From Candidatus Bathyarchaeia archaeon (GTDB taxonomy: Archaea > Thermoproteota > Bathyarchaeia > Bathyarchaeales > Bathycorpusculaceae): DNA of 64,000 nt. The translations under genes and the position numbers were made by a program. The DNA lies in NCBI GenBank assembly GCA_050010755.1, contig JBEKKK010000001.1, positions 352,001-416,000 of the forward strand, written 5' to 3'. Position 1 is the first letter of the stretch; each line of letters starts with the position of its first letter. Below, piece after piece: positions 48,911 through 59,308 of the stretch. Below the pieces are notes generated by a model that was given only the letters and a program-made list of their open reading frames with translations, was not told where the DNA came from and made no database searches.

Positions 48911-50341
48911 ATGAAGTTCTCTTTCGTCAATGCTGGTCCGAACGCGGATCTGGACGACCGAGAGGGGAAAAAATCCATCGGCGCCTGGCCTCCTCTAGGA
49001 ATACTGTACATGGCTGCAGTGCTACGGCAAAACGGTGTTGAGGTGTCAGTGCTCGATCAGGCGGCGAGAGGTCTCACCGTGAAAGAAACGGCGAAGTGGG
49101 TGAAGGCTCAGAACCCTGATGTCTTGGGTTTTTCAACGTTCGCAACCTCTGGTCGTACGGCCGCGGCTATAAGCGCCGAGGCGAAAAAGGAAAACCCGAA
49201 CGTTACGGTGGTTTTCGGAAACTACTACGCCACTTTCAACTCGGAAAGAGTTCTCAGAAAGTATCCTTCAGTCGATATCATCGTGCGTGGAGAAGGAGAA
49301 CGTACTGTCGTTGACTTGGTGGATTGTCTGGAAAAGAGGGGGCGGTTGAAGGATGTCCTTGGAATCAGCTTCAGGAGCGAAGGTGGGGTTGCCTCCACGC
49401 CTGACAGCCCTCTCATAAAAGATTTGGACAGCCTTCCCTTTCCAGATCGGTCGCTGGTCGATGATGATTACCATTCTGTTATGGCCGGAGCCAACGTAGC
49501 CCCGAAAAAGTTTACCAGCATCGTCTCTTCGCGTGGCTGCGTCTATAGGTGTCGATTCTGTTGCTGTACACAGTTTGCGCATAGCAGGTGGAGACCCAGA
49601 TCGGTCCAGAACACCATGGAGGAACTGCGTTTTCTTGTTTCGGAGGGGTATAAGCAATTCATCTTTGTGGATGATAATTTCACGGGTAGCCCGAAGAACG
49701 TCATCCAGCTCTGCAGGGAGATGAGGAAAGAAAAGTTAGACATTGAATGGATATGTGAGGGAAGAGTTGACACAGGCTCCTACGAGATGTTCTGGGAAAC
49801 TGCCCATGCGGGCTGCAAGATTCTGTATTTCGGCATTGAAAGTGCCAATCAAAGAATCTTAGATTATTACAATAAGCATATAACGCCAGAGCAAACCAGA
49901 GCGGCCGTGAAGACGGCGAGAAGAGCGGGAGCCGACGCGATAGTCGGATCTTTCATCGTCGGGGCGCCTGACGAGACCAGAGAAGAAATTCGGAACACGA
50001 TAGAGTTTGCAAAGAAAATTCCTATAGACCTGCCTCAGTTCAACATTCTGGGGGTTTATCCTGGGACAGACATCTGGGACGAATGCGAAGCCAAGGGCTA
50101 CCTGAAGGGCGGCGAATACTGGGAGACGGGCGTCGCCGTGTCGGAGATATGTCCCACTGCGGTGCCCTACAAGGAAATACGATGGATGATTCATGAGGGC
50201 TTCTACCGCTTTTTCCGTCGACCAACCTTCGTTTCAGAGCAGATGGCCAGACTGATCAAAAGTCCCTATCGTATCAGAACCGCGTTGAGCAATGCTGTCC
50301 GTTTTGGCAGCGTCTTGGAAAACGTCCGCAGGGTGACGTAG
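48911..50341 (+). CDS. B12-binding-domain radical SAM protein
   Basis: PPLGILY, RGEGE, SRGCVYRCRFC, DDNF, GIESA, G.PDET. Confidence 0.9.
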   Translation: MKFSFVNAGPNADLDDREGKKSIGAWPPLGILYMAAVLRQNGVEVSVLDQAARGLTVKETAKWVKAQNPDVLGFSTFATSGRTAAAISAEAKKENPNVTVVFGNYYATFNSERVLRKYPSVDIIVRGEGERTVVDLVDCLEKRGRLKDVLGISFRSEGGVASTPDSPLIKDLDSLPFPDRSLVDDDYHSVMAGANVAPKKFTSIVSSRGCVYRCRFCCCTQFAHSRWRPRSVQNTMEELRFLVSEGYKQFIFVDDNFTGSPKNVIQLCREMRKEKLDIEWICEGRVDTGSYEMFWETAHAGCKILYFGIESANQRILDYYNKHITPEQTRAAVKTARRAGADAIVGSFIVGAPDETREEIRNTIEFAKKIPIDLPQFNILGVYPGTDIWDECEAKGYLKGGEYWETGVAVSEICPTAVPYKEIRWMIHEGFYRFFRRPTFVSEQMARLIKSPYRIRTALSNAVRFGSVLENVRRVT

Positions 50342-50737
50342 GCGAAGCCAGCGCAATAAATCTTCATTGCGCGCGCTCCGTGCCAAATGTTCAAGATCGC
50401 AACGACAACGCACCAGCAGCCCGCGCGGAGAGAAAAGACTCGACCTTGAGGTCGCGCTGTGAACCAGAGGACAAGAACAGGCGCGTTAAAGGGTTGATTG
50501 CGCACATCCAAACGGCCAGATTTTTCCAGGGAGTTTCTTTACTGCTAGGCCTATTGATCTGGAATAGTCCGGGCTCTAGGAACCGCATTTGAGATTTTTC
50601 GGCACAGCATTCGTAATTCGAGCCAGAAAATTGATCCGCAGTAAAAATAGGACCTGTATCATTGCTGCTAGCACTCGGCACTGGCTAAGAGGAAACCGAA
50701 TTGCTTTATTAATCCCTGGACATATCTGCTTTCGGAA

Positions 50738-51685
50738 GTGTTTAACACGGTTCACATTGCAGTTGCCGGAACCGGCCGCGTTGGCGGAGAAGTCGCTTTC
50801 AGCTTGATATTCGAGAGATACTTGACTGAACTCTCGCTCGTCGACAAGGCTCCGAGCGTGGCCGACATGGTCAAGGAGGAGTTGTGTCACGCCATCGCTG
50901 GCCACGGTTTCGACGTCAAGATAAACGCGTATGCCGATGCCGAACGAGTGAAGGATGCGGATCTAATCGTGATAGCCGCTGGTTTCCCGAGGACGCCGGA
51001 GATGAGCAGAAGAGACTTGGCGACTAAGAACGCCGGAGCGGTGAAGTCTGTCGTCGAGAATACTCTTGAAAACAACCCTGAAGCATGGTACTTCGTCATC
51101 ACCAATCCTGTGGACGCGATGACCACACTAGCAGACAGCGCCGCGAACGGCAAGCGGCAAATCATCGGGACAGGAACCTGCCTTGAAACTTCGAGGTTCA
51201 GGACGATAATCAGCAGAGAACTGAACATTCCGATAGGAACCGTGGAAGCGTACGTGGGCGGAGAGCACGGAGAAGCCGCTGTTCCACTCTGGAGCCTGGT
51301 CAAAATCAACGGCCAACCGCTCGAGACCTACCTCAGAAAAACTTCGAAGACCCTGGACAAGGCTCAATGCGAGAACTATGTGAAGGAGGTGAGCCGCGAA
51401 ATAATACGCGTGCTGGGCGGAACGAGATACGGCCCGGCTGGCTCCTTCATCGAGATAATTCGTGGACTCGTGCTGAACACGGGAAAAGTGATGAGTTACT
51501 CCAGGAAGACCCAATTCAAGGGCAACCCTCCTGAACCGGTGTACGTCACGGTGCCGGCGAGAATCGCAAAATCGCTCAGCCCGGACCTCTGGGACATGTT
51601 GAGCGAACCGGAGAAAAAGGCAATCGAAGACGCCTCGGGAGCCATCTACAAAACCTACCGTGAAGCCGTCGAGGGACCACGGTGA
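50738..51685 (+). CDS. mdh: Malate dehydrogenase (LDH-like)
   Basis: GTGRVG, AGFPRTPEMSRRDL (Arg at the substrate-specificity position), TNPVD, GGEHGE. Confidence 0.8.
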   Translation: MFNTVHIAVAGTGRVGGEVAFSLIFERYLTELSLVDKAPSVADMVKEELCHAIAGHGFDVKINAYADAERVKDADLIVIAAGFPRTPEMSRRDLATKNAGAVKSVVENTLENNPEAWYFVITNPVDAMTTLADSAANGKRQIIGTGTCLETSRFRTIISRELNIPIGTVEAYVGGEHGEAAVPLWSLVKINGQPLETYLRKTSKTLDKAQCENYVKEVSREIIRVLGGTRYGPAGSFIEIIRGLVLNTGKVMSYSRKTQFKGNPPEPVYVTVPARIAKSLSPDLWDMLSEPEKKAIEDASGAIYKTYREAVEGPR

Positions 51686-52623
51686 CGTGGAAACAGCCGA
51701 TCAAGGACTACAGTTTCTCAGACAGAATGTCAGTGGACGAGCTTGTTCTGCAGATGGAAAAGGCCTGGGGATTCACAGCTGGAAAACTGGCCGTAGCCGT
51801 GAAAATCCTCGAAGACATGATAAGAGACAAAAAATGCGTGAAGTTTCTCTCCTTTACGGGAAACCTCGTGGCCACGGGAGCCCGGGGCGCCCTGAAAGAA
51901 CTCGTGAGACGAAGACTTGTCGACGTCGTCGTGACCACGTGTGGCACGGTGGATCATGACGTTGCCCGAAGCTGGAAAGACTATTACAGGGGCTCATTCG
52001 TCATGAACGACGCCCGACTGCACCGAGAGAATGTCAACCGTTTGGGAAACGTTCTCGTTCCGAATGAGAGCTACGGTCTCATCATCGAAAAGAAGATGCA
52101 ATGGCTACTGCAGAGCCTGTGGGAAGAGGGCGCCAGAGAAGTCTCATCGGCTCAGCTGTGCAGCGAGGTTGGAAAACGCGTGTGCAACGAAAGCTCAATC
52201 CTCTACTGGGCAGCCAAGAACGGCATCCCGGTGTTCGTGCCAGGTATCACCGACGGTGCAGTCGGATATCAGACATGGCTTTTCTCGCAGGACCACGACT
52301 TCAGGCTTAACCTGTTGAAAGACTCTGGACAGCTCAGCGATATAGTCTTCTCGGCAAAGAAGAGCGGAGCCTTGCTCATAGGTGGCGGAATATCTAAGCA
52401 TCACACTTTGTGGTGGAACCAGTTTAAGGACGGCCTCAACTACGCCGTGTACATAAGCACGGCCGACGAGTGGGACGGCAGCCTCTCAGGAGCGAGACCG
52501 CGAGAAGCGGTTTCTTGGGGGAAGATAAACCAGAAAGCGGACAAGATAATGGTTGAGGGCGACGCTTCACTCATCCTGCCCTTAATGGTGGGTTCGCTGT
52601 TGGCAAGGATAAGAGAGGCCTAG
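51682..52623 (+). CDS. dys: Deoxyhypusine synthase (canonical short archaeal type)
   Basis: FTGNLVATG, NRLGNV.VP, GGGISKHH, DGSLSGARPREAVSWGK. Confidence 0.92.
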   Translation: MTWKQPIKDYSFSDRMSVDELVLQMEKAWGFTAGKLAVAVKILEDMIRDKKCVKFLSFTGNLVATGARGALKELVRRRLVDVVVTTCGTVDHDVARSWKDYYRGSFVMNDARLHRENVNRLGNVLVPNESYGLIIEKKMQWLLQSLWEEGAREVSSAQLCSEVGKRVCNESSILYWAAKNGIPVFVPGITDGAVGYQTWLFSQDHDFRLNLLKDSGQLSDIVFSAKKSGALLIGGGISKHHTLWWNQFKDGLNYAVYISTADEWDGSLSGARPREAVSWGKINQKADKIMVEGDASLILPLMVGSLLARIREA

Positions 52624-53681
52624 GGAATCTGGCTGAAAAGCCAAGAGAGATCAGGCCCTTTCCTCTTCGCCTTCACCCTCTCGTTAAGTGCGTGAGTCAA
52701 CAGCGGCAGGGCGATTGTCGCGTCACAGTAGCACACGGCCCGTTTTCCAGTTGTGTCGATTTTTCCCCAGCTTATTGCCTCTTCAAGCGTGCAGCCTGAC
52801 AGGCCTCCCCACTGCGGCGAATCGGTCGTTATCTGAATCGCGTAACGATGCGGATAATAGTACTCTTTTATGCCCTTGCGCAGGTGGCCCTTCCTTCCGG
52901 GAACGCCTTCGTCCATCGTTCTCGGCGAGACCGATATGGCCAGCAACTGGGTGAAGTCTTTGGGCACGCCGCCGCCGACGTAGATGACGCCCACCTCCTT
53001 GGTTTTCTCGCCTATGCCGACGAACTGGTCGAACTCTTTAACCGAGTCAAGCACGATGGGGTGACCCTCGTTCTTCGCCATCAGGAAAGCCTCGCCGTAG
53101 GCGCTGTCCGCAATGGCAGGAGAGAAAACTGGCACGTTGTGCGCCGCCGCTGTGGCGACTATGCTTTTCACGCCTTTCTTGTGCAGGTACTTGCCGAAAA
53201 CGTAGAGGAGCTCAGCTGAAGTGTAGGAATAACCTTTCTTGAGGGTCTTAAGCCCGTTCGTCATGAGCAGTTCCATCTCCCTGTAATCAGTCTCCTTCCC
53301 ATAAACGTCGTAGTACCTGTTTACATCCGCTTTCAAGAGTTCCTCATCGTCAGCGTAGTGTGTGCCCTGCCAGTAGCCGAGCCCCATAGCGTCAACGATG
53401 TCTTCAGAGACGTTCGCTCCCGTCGAAACAAGAACGTCGATGAAACGGTTCTCTATCAGCCAGTTAACCATTTTCCACTGGCCAGCGGTGCTCATCGATC
53501 CTGAGAAACCCATGATAATGATCAGATCCTTCTCCTTAATCATCGCTTCCCAAACGTCAACGGCCTCCCCGAGCTTTCGCCCCTGATAAGCCGTCTGGCT
53601 CATTTCAGCCAAGAGCTTGGACACGCTCTTCTCTTCAACGTCGATGGCTCTTACCTTCCGCCTGAAATATGAACGGGACAC
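52620..53681 (-). CDS. Deoxyhypusine synthase-like protein (second paralog)
   Basis: YQGRKLG, STGAN, NRYYDV, GGGVPKDF, GGLSGCTLEEAISWGK, DATIALP. Confidence 0.88.
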   Translation of the reverse strand: MSRSYFRRKVRAIDVEEKSVSKLLAEMSQTAYQGRKLGEAVDVWEAMIKEKDLIIIMGFSGSMSTAGQWKMVNWLIENRFIDVLVSTGANVSEDIVDAMGLGYWQGTHYADDEELLKADVNRYYDVYGKETDYREMELLMTNGLKTLKKGYSYTSAELLYVFGKYLHKKGVKSIVATAAAHNVPVFSPAIADSAYGEAFLMAKNEGHPIVLDSVKEFDQFVGIGEKTKEVGVIYVGGGVPKDFTQLLAISVSPRTMDEGVPGRKGHLRKGIKEYYYPHRYAIQITTDSPQWGGLSGCTLEEAISWGKIDTTGKRAVCYCDATIALPLLTHALNERVKAKRKGPDLSWLFSQIP

Positions 53682-53802
53682 ACTGAAACCTCCCGTTTTA
53701 GATTAAAGATTCAGTATAAGAGATTTTTGTTTCAGAGGTTCGTCCTAGAACGAACATGCCTTCAGCCAAGCATACGCGGCCGTTGGATTTTGTGGGTGTG
53801 TT

Positions 53803-54171
53803 TTAGAGTTTGATGGCTTGGCCCTTCCGCTGTTTTTCTCTGCACTGGTCAAGTGTCTCTATTGCGCGTCTTATGTGCGGAATCGTTATCGAGCCGCCCA
53901 CTATCAAAGCGACGTTCAATGCCTCAAAAAGCATTTCGTCCGAGGCCCCTTCCTGAACGCAGCGGATGACGTGGTATGTGATGCAGTCGTTGCAGCGCAG
54001 GACGGTGGAAGCGACCAAGCCCAGCATCTCCTTTGTTTTCACATCTAGGACGCCCTTCTCGTAGGCGCGACTGTCCAAGGCAAAAAACCGTTTGAGCCCA
54101 AGGTTTCCAGAAGAGAGAATGCGCGCGTTCATCTTTTCTCGGTAACGCCTAAACTCTTCGAGATCGTTCAA
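53803..54171 (-). CDS. Carboxymuconolactone decarboxylase/AhpD-family protein
   Basis: LDVKTKEMLGLVAS.VLRCNDCITYH. Confidence 0.85.
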   Translation of the reverse strand: MNDLEEFRRYREKMNARILSSGNLGLKRFFALDSRAYEKGVLDVKTKEMLGLVASTVLRCNDCITYHVIRCVQEGASDEMLFEALNVALIVGGSITIPHIRRAIETLDQCREKQRKGQAIKL

Positions 54172-54302
54172 GACGTTTCACCCAGTTTTCTTTAGCTATG
54201 AGCACCACATAAAACACTTTGCACACGCCAATTTCCTGGCAATTGCGAGGGGGGGGGAAGTCTTCGATGTTGAAGAAGAGATCCTAGGCTGGAAGAAAAA
54301 GA

Positions 54303-55421
54303 CTAGTCTTGACGATACTGGGTGTTGGTGACAAAGGAGGAATCGACGTTTTCGGTGCGCTTTCTGCGGATCATCACAGCGATTAATACTAAGAGCATCA
54401 GCATCGGTATAATGGCGAATGATGGTAACTCTGGCACGGTGGCCGTAGCGTTGCTAGCCTCGACCGTCAGGGTGCTGACCTCTGTGAACACCAATTGGTT
54501 CTTTCCGTCGTTGTTGAAGTCTCCGATGGCCACGCCTGTTGGGTCGTTTCGGCCGGGCCAGTTCGCAACGACTGTTCTGTTCTCAGCGTAAACCGTGACG
54601 TTTCCGGCTGGGTAGGTTTCTGTTATCGCTATTTCGTTCAAGCCGAGGTTTTCATAGTCGCCGATGGCCACACCCACCGGTTGGCCGAGGCCGGGCCACT
54701 GTTGGACTATTGATTTGTCACTTTTCAACACCGTGACTGTGTTGGTGCCGGCATCGGCGACAGCTAACTCGTTTTGACCGTCGTTAGTTAAGTCGCCAAT
54801 AGCCACGCCTTCAGGCTGACTGAAAATTCCAGTCAAATTGTCCATGATGGTTTTATCACTTTTTAACACGAGCACCGAGGCTGAGCCATTCTCCGCGATT
54901 GCGATTACATTCTGATGGTTATTGTAAAAGTCGCCGATGGCCACACCCACTGGCTGGTTGAGGTATGAGAAAGTATCTTTGATACTTCCATTAAGGTAGC
55001 ACACGGTTACTCTGGAGGCGTCAGGTTCTGCTACTGCTATTACGTTGACACCGTCATTGTAAAGGTCCCCGATGGCCACCCCAAACGGATCGTCCAATCC
55101 ACTAATTGTATTCACGACAACGGGTGTAGTCTTCCCGTTACCCTTGACCACCGTGACAGTTCCTGCACTGCCCTCTGAGATTGCCGCTTCTTCTGAGCCA
55201 TTGTTGTAGAGGTCTCCGATGGCAATGCCTCGAGCGTCAGTGAATCCTCCCCACTGTGTCTCGTTCGAAGTGATGTTTCCGCTGAAAATATTGACCGCAT
55301 CATATTGCACAGGGCTTTGACTGTGTCCCGTTGAGGAGGCTTTTGCCACGACGAGATTGCACGCGAGTCCCATTGAGAGTATCAAGATTAGAAACAGGAT
55401 TAATGGTAGTGTTCTACTCAT
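54303..55421 (-). CDS. Secreted six-repeat beta-propeller with a PEF-CTERM-like anchor
   Basis: Signal peptide; six P.GVAIGD..N.G.N-type repeats; VPELP + TM helix + RRKR. Confidence 0.75.
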   Translation of the reverse strand: MSRTLPLILFLILILSMGLACNLVVAKASSTGHSQSPVQYDAVNIFSGNITSNETQWGGFTDARGIAIGDLYNNGSEEAAISEGSAGTVTVVKGNGKTTPVVVNTISGLDDPFGVAIGDLYNDGVNVIAVAEPDASRVTVCYLNGSIKDTFSYLNQPVGVAIGDFYNNHQNVIAIAENGSASVLVLKSDKTIMDNLTGIFSQPEGVAIGDLTNDGQNELAVADAGTNTVTVLKSDKSIVQQWPGLGQPVGVAIGDYENLGLNEIAITETYPAGNVTVYAENRTVVANWPGRNDPTGVAIGDFNNDGKNQLVFTEVSTLTVEASNATATVPELPSFAIIPMLMLLVLIAVMIRRKRTENVDSSFVTNTQYRQD

Positions 55422-55541
55422 TTCGTTTTTCCACCTGTTTCTATACAGTAGGCACCAATTTCTATATTAAACAATTCCTTTGCACGCATCGAACTGGCGG
55501 AAATGACGGGAACTTGGGGTCCCTGTAGGCGCGCGTGGGGG

Positions 55542-57506
55542 TTACATTTTCTCTGGGGCAAAGATTCCTACCAGGTTCAGGGCGTTTCGCAGCGTTATCC
55601 GAAGTGCGTCTGTCAGGGCGAGTCTTGCGTTGCTCAGCCCTTCGGGTTCGGCTCTTATCACTTGGAAAGCGTTGTAGAACGTGTTGAATTTGTCTGCTAG
55701 GGAATTTGCGTAGTCGGCGATGAGGTTTGGTTTAAGGTATTCTGCTGCTTCGGTGAACGTGTCTGGGAAGCTGGCGAGTGTGAGTGCTATTTCGTGTTCC
55801 AGCTTTTCGCCTAGCAGTTCGTAGGCTGGTTTTCCTGTTTTTTCAGATGCTTTTTTCAGGATGCTGCAGGCTCTGGCGTGGGTGTATTGAATGTAGGGTG
55901 CGCTGTTCTTTTCGAAGTTGAGCACTCGGTCCCAGGTGAAGAGGACGGGTTTCGAAGTGTCAACTTCGAGGAGCGCGTAGCGGACTGCGCCTAGGCCGAC
56001 GAAGTCGGCGATTTCGTGTTTCTCCTTTTCAGACAGTTGGGGAGAGCGCTTCGAAACTTCTTCGTATGCTCGTCTTACGGCTTCGTCCATGACTTCGTCG
56101 AGGGTTATGTAGCGTCCTCTTCGACTGGACATCTTGTAGCCAGGAAGCGTCACCAGGTTGTAGGCGAAGTGGACAAGATTGTCCGCTATCTTGCCGTAGC
56201 CCAAGGCGTGCAGGGCTATTTTCAATTGCAGTTGAGCGAGACTCTGTTCCATGCCAATAACGTTGATGACCCTGTCGGCTCTTTCAAACTTCCACAGGGT
56301 GTAAGCCGCGTCTCGGGTGGTGTAGAGCGTGGTGCCGTCAGCACGGCCCAGCGTCAAGGATGGAACTTCGTGGCCTTCTCTTATTCCAAGCTTGGTCCAA
56401 AGCCGCTGTTGTGTGACGACTTTTTCGGCGTCGAACTCGAAGACGCCACCTTCAGCATATGTGTAGGGTGACTGTTTGAGTTTCTGGAAAACTTCGTCCA
56501 CGTGCCCGCTCCACACTGAGTCGCTTTCCCAGTCCCAAGAGTCGAATGAAACGCCGAGTCTGCTTAGCGTCTCCTTGAACCCTTCGAGGCACATGTCACT
56601 GACCTGTCGGATCAGCTTCCTAGCCTTCTCCTCCTTCAACTCGTAAGCCTTGTTCAGTATCTTTATCGACTCTTCAGGGTTCTTGTCCCTTGCAATCCTA
56701 TCCAGCAGCTCCTCGAAAAGAGCCGGGTACTTGGCCTTCAGTTCCGCGGCGATGGAAACCCAGTCGTCCAGTTCCCTCGTGATTTTTGCAGTTTCCTCCG
56801 CGGTTGAAACCGTTTTGGCGTTTTCAAGCTCCTTCTTCAGCCGGTTTATTTCGACAAGGCAACTCGTGATGGTGTAGATTCTGCCGATGAACTGGTCAGG
56901 CTTGCCTTCCGGCTTGGGTTTTCCCAGTTTTTCGTAGCCGTACGCGACGACCGAGGTCTGCCGGCCAACGTCGTCGATGTAGAAGTGCCGGCTCACCGTG
57001 TGGCCCCTGTTTCTGAGCAGTCGGGAGAGGGTGTCACCGAGGACGGGGTTTCTGGCGGTTCCGATGGTTAAAGGGTGAAGGGGGTTCGCACTCGTGTGTT
57101 CAACCATAATTTTCAAGGGCTTATCCGTCTTGACGAAGCCGTAATCGAAGTCCAGACTTTTAACGGATTCAAGGGTCAAGGCTGAAAACTTGGCAAAGTC
57201 TACGTGAAAATTAACGTAGCCACCTCCTGCAGGGGCAACGCTGCTTATCAGGGAAAACTTGGAAGGGTCTACGGTCTTGGCGAAGCGTTCGGCCAACGCC
57301 AACGGCTTCTCGCCGAGTTTCTTGGCGAGCTCAAAACAAAGTGAGCTGGCCAGTTGCCCAAAATCGGAGTTCGGAGGTTTCTCAATAGCCAAGCTGTCGA
57401 GTTGGATTTCTGGAAACAGTTTCTTGAATGCAACGGCTAGACTGTTCTCACATTCTGTTCGGAAAACTGCGAAGGGGTTCTCTGCGACCCGTGACGCCTT
57501 TTTCAT
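55542..57506 (-). CDS. argS: Arginyl-tRNA synthetase
   Basis: EHTSANPLHPLTIGTARN, RADGTTLYTTRD, KMSSRRG, PYIQYTHARACSIL, APEKM. Confidence 0.95.
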   Translation of the reverse strand: MKKASRVAENPFAVFRTECENSLAVAFKKLFPEIQLDSLAIEKPPNSDFGQLASSLCFELAKKLGEKPLALAERFAKTVDPSKFSLISSVAPAGGGYVNFHVDFAKFSALTLESVKSLDFDYGFVKTDKPLKIMVEHTSANPLHPLTIGTARNPVLGDTLSRLLRNRGHTVSRHFYIDDVGRQTSVVAYGYEKLGKPKPEGKPDQFIGRIYTITSCLVEINRLKKELENAKTVSTAEETAKITRELDDWVSIAAELKAKYPALFEELLDRIARDKNPEESIKILNKAYELKEEKARKLIRQVSDMCLEGFKETLSRLGVSFDSWDWESDSVWSGHVDEVFQKLKQSPYTYAEGGVFEFDAEKVVTQQRLWTKLGIREGHEVPSLTLGRADGTTLYTTRDAAYTLWKFERADRVINVIGMEQSLAQLQLKIALHALGYGKIADNLVHFAYNLVTLPGYKMSSRRGRYITLDEVMDEAVRRAYEEVSKRSPQLSEKEKHEIADFVGLGAVRYALLEVDTSKPVLFTWDRVLNFEKNSAPYIQYTHARACSILKKASEKTGKPAYELLGEKLEHEIALTLASFPDTFTEAAEYLKPNLIADYANSLADKFNTFYNAFQVIRAEPEGLSNARLALTDALRITLRNALNLVGIFAPEKM

Positions 57507-57583
57507 TTTGTTGAAGATTCTCCAGCAGTCTAAGAGATGAGGTTATATTTTAATCTGAAAAATATCAACCTATCTGAAAACAG

Positions 57584-58435
57584 GTGCGCGGGATGAGGAC
57601 GAAATTCGTGTTTTCGGAGAAGTGCCTAGGCTATGGCTCCTGGCACGTTGAAGGGCCTGAAAGAGTGAGGAAGGCACATGAAATCCTTATGGGCAAGGGC
57701 TACGAGTTCCTTAAGCCTGAACCAGCCTCGGAGGACGACCTGCTCAAGGTTCACGACAGCGACTACATGTGGCAGGTCAAAAAAGGGTTGACGGAGGACG
57801 GCGACACCCCGGCGTATGACAACATTTTCGAATATGCAAGACTATCTGCGGGAGGAGCCATCATGGCCGCAAACATAAAGGGGTTCTCGCTCATGCGCCC
57901 GCCAGGCCATCACGCTGGAATGACAGGAATAGCCTTGGGCGCGGCAACCCGAGGATTCTGCTACTTCAACAACATGGCCATAGCCGTGAAAAGCCTGGGC
58001 AAGCCCACATTGATTCTGGACATTGACGGACATCATGGAAACGGAACCCAAGAAATCTTCCAAGGCGACAAACAAGTAACCTACGTTTCGCTTCATCGTC
58101 ACCCGAACTATCCAGGCACGGGCACGGTTTCTGAGGGAAACTGCCACAATTACCCTCTGCCCAGGGATTGCGGAGACACATATTATGTGAAAACATTGGA
58201 AAAGGCGTTAGCTGGCGTTGATGCTAGTAAATTTAAAATCGTAGGTGTGTCCGCAGGGTTCGACACACACGACGGCGACCTGGCCTCCCTCGGCCTCACG
58301 ACGAAAGGCTACAGAGAGATTGGAAAGAGAATTGGATCTCTGAAAAAACCCACGTTCTTCGTCCTCGAAGGCGGCTACGAAGGAGGCAACGTGGGGAACG
58401 ATATAGATCAACTCGTCAGCGGCTTCGAAGCCTAG
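57584..58435 (+). CDS. Histone deacetylase-family hydrolase
   Basis: RPPGHHA, GFCYFNN, DIDGHHGNGTQ, SAGFD, LEGGY. Confidence 0.9.
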   Translation: MRGMRTKFVFSEKCLGYGSWHVEGPERVRKAHEILMGKGYEFLKPEPASEDDLLKVHDSDYMWQVKKGLTEDGDTPAYDNIFEYARLSAGGAIMAANIKGFSLMRPPGHHAGMTGIALGAATRGFCYFNNMAIAVKSLGKPTLILDIDGHHGNGTQEIFQGDKQVTYVSLHRHPNYPGTGTVSEGNCHNYPLPRDCGDTYYVKTLEKALAGVDASKFKIVGVSAGFDTHDGDLASLGLTTKGYREIGKRIGSLKKPTFFVLEGGYEGGNVGNDIDQLVSGFEA

Positions 58436-58486
58436 CGTAGCCAATTGAAAAGGATGCAGAGAGGCGGAGAAAGATCGAGAAAGGGA

Positions 58487-59308
58487 CTATCTGATGAGTC
58501 TTCTTTTCATCAGGTTTATGGCCAGAACGAAGAAGAAGACTGTCACGGCCGCTATCCAGATTATGCTCAGAGCAAATGATAGGTCCCCGCTACCGGAAAG
58601 CGCCCACCTTGCCAGGTTCACCGTATGCGTCAATGGCAGAACCGCCTGCGAAAAGATCTGCAGAGGCAGACTGTGAAGCAGTGTTAACGGAAAGAAAGTG
58701 TTGCTGAGCAAGAACATTGGAGTTATGAAAAGGTATTGCGGGTAGTTGAAGAAGTCTATGTTCGGCGCCAGCGCGGTGAAGCAGATTCCGATTGCAGAGA
58801 ACATCAGCCCCGAGAAGAAGGCCAACGGCAAAACCAGGATGAATAGAGGACTCGCTATGAGAGGCTTTGAGACGAGCCCAAAGGCTGCTACGACGCCTAA
58901 GACTATGGAGCCGCCTATTAGGCTTCGGGTAGCACCCCAGAGTATCTCGCCTGCGATTACTTCTTCCACGCTTATCGGCGTCGCTATGATGGCGTCGAAG
59001 GTTCTCTGGTAGTACATGCGGACGAATGAGCCGTATGTGCACTCGAAGAACGAGGAGTACATAATGGTTATTGCCACCAGCGCGGGCGCTATGAATTGGA
59101 TGTATGATTGGCCTTCTATCGATTGCGTTATTAGCGCCCCCAAGCCAGCGCCCATGGCGGCGAGGTAGAAGATGGGTTCGAGCAGGGGAGGGAAGAAGCT
59201 GACTTTGAAGGTTTTCATAAAGACGTCGAAGTTTCTCCGCCAGACCTTCCACACTCTGTAGGTCAGTTTTGGCAGTCCGAAACCTTCACGTTCATGTGAG
59301 GCAGTCAT
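58487..59308 (-). CDS. ABC-2 exporter permease (NodJ-like)
   Basis: LLEPIFYL, YIQFIAP, RM..QRTFDAIIATP, GEILWG, TFFP. Confidence 0.88.
   Translation of the reverse strand: MTASHEREGFGLPKLTYRVWKVWRRNFDVFMKTFKVSFFPPLLEPIFYLAAMGAGLGALITQSIEGQSYIQFIAPALVAITIMYSSFFECTYGSFVRMYYQRTFDAIIATPISVEEVIAGEILWGATRSLIGGSIVLGVVAAFGLVSKPLIASPLFILVLPLAFFSGLMFSAIGICFTALAPNIDFFNYPQYLFITPMFLLSNTFFPLTLLHSLPLQIFSQAVLPLTHTVNLARWALSGSGDLSFALSIIWIAAVTVFFFVLAINLMKRRLIR

Noticed and set aside
58590-59252. 220-aa alternative-frame ORF
   Set aside because: Lies within the ABC permease on the same strand; Arg/Pro-rich off-frame composition
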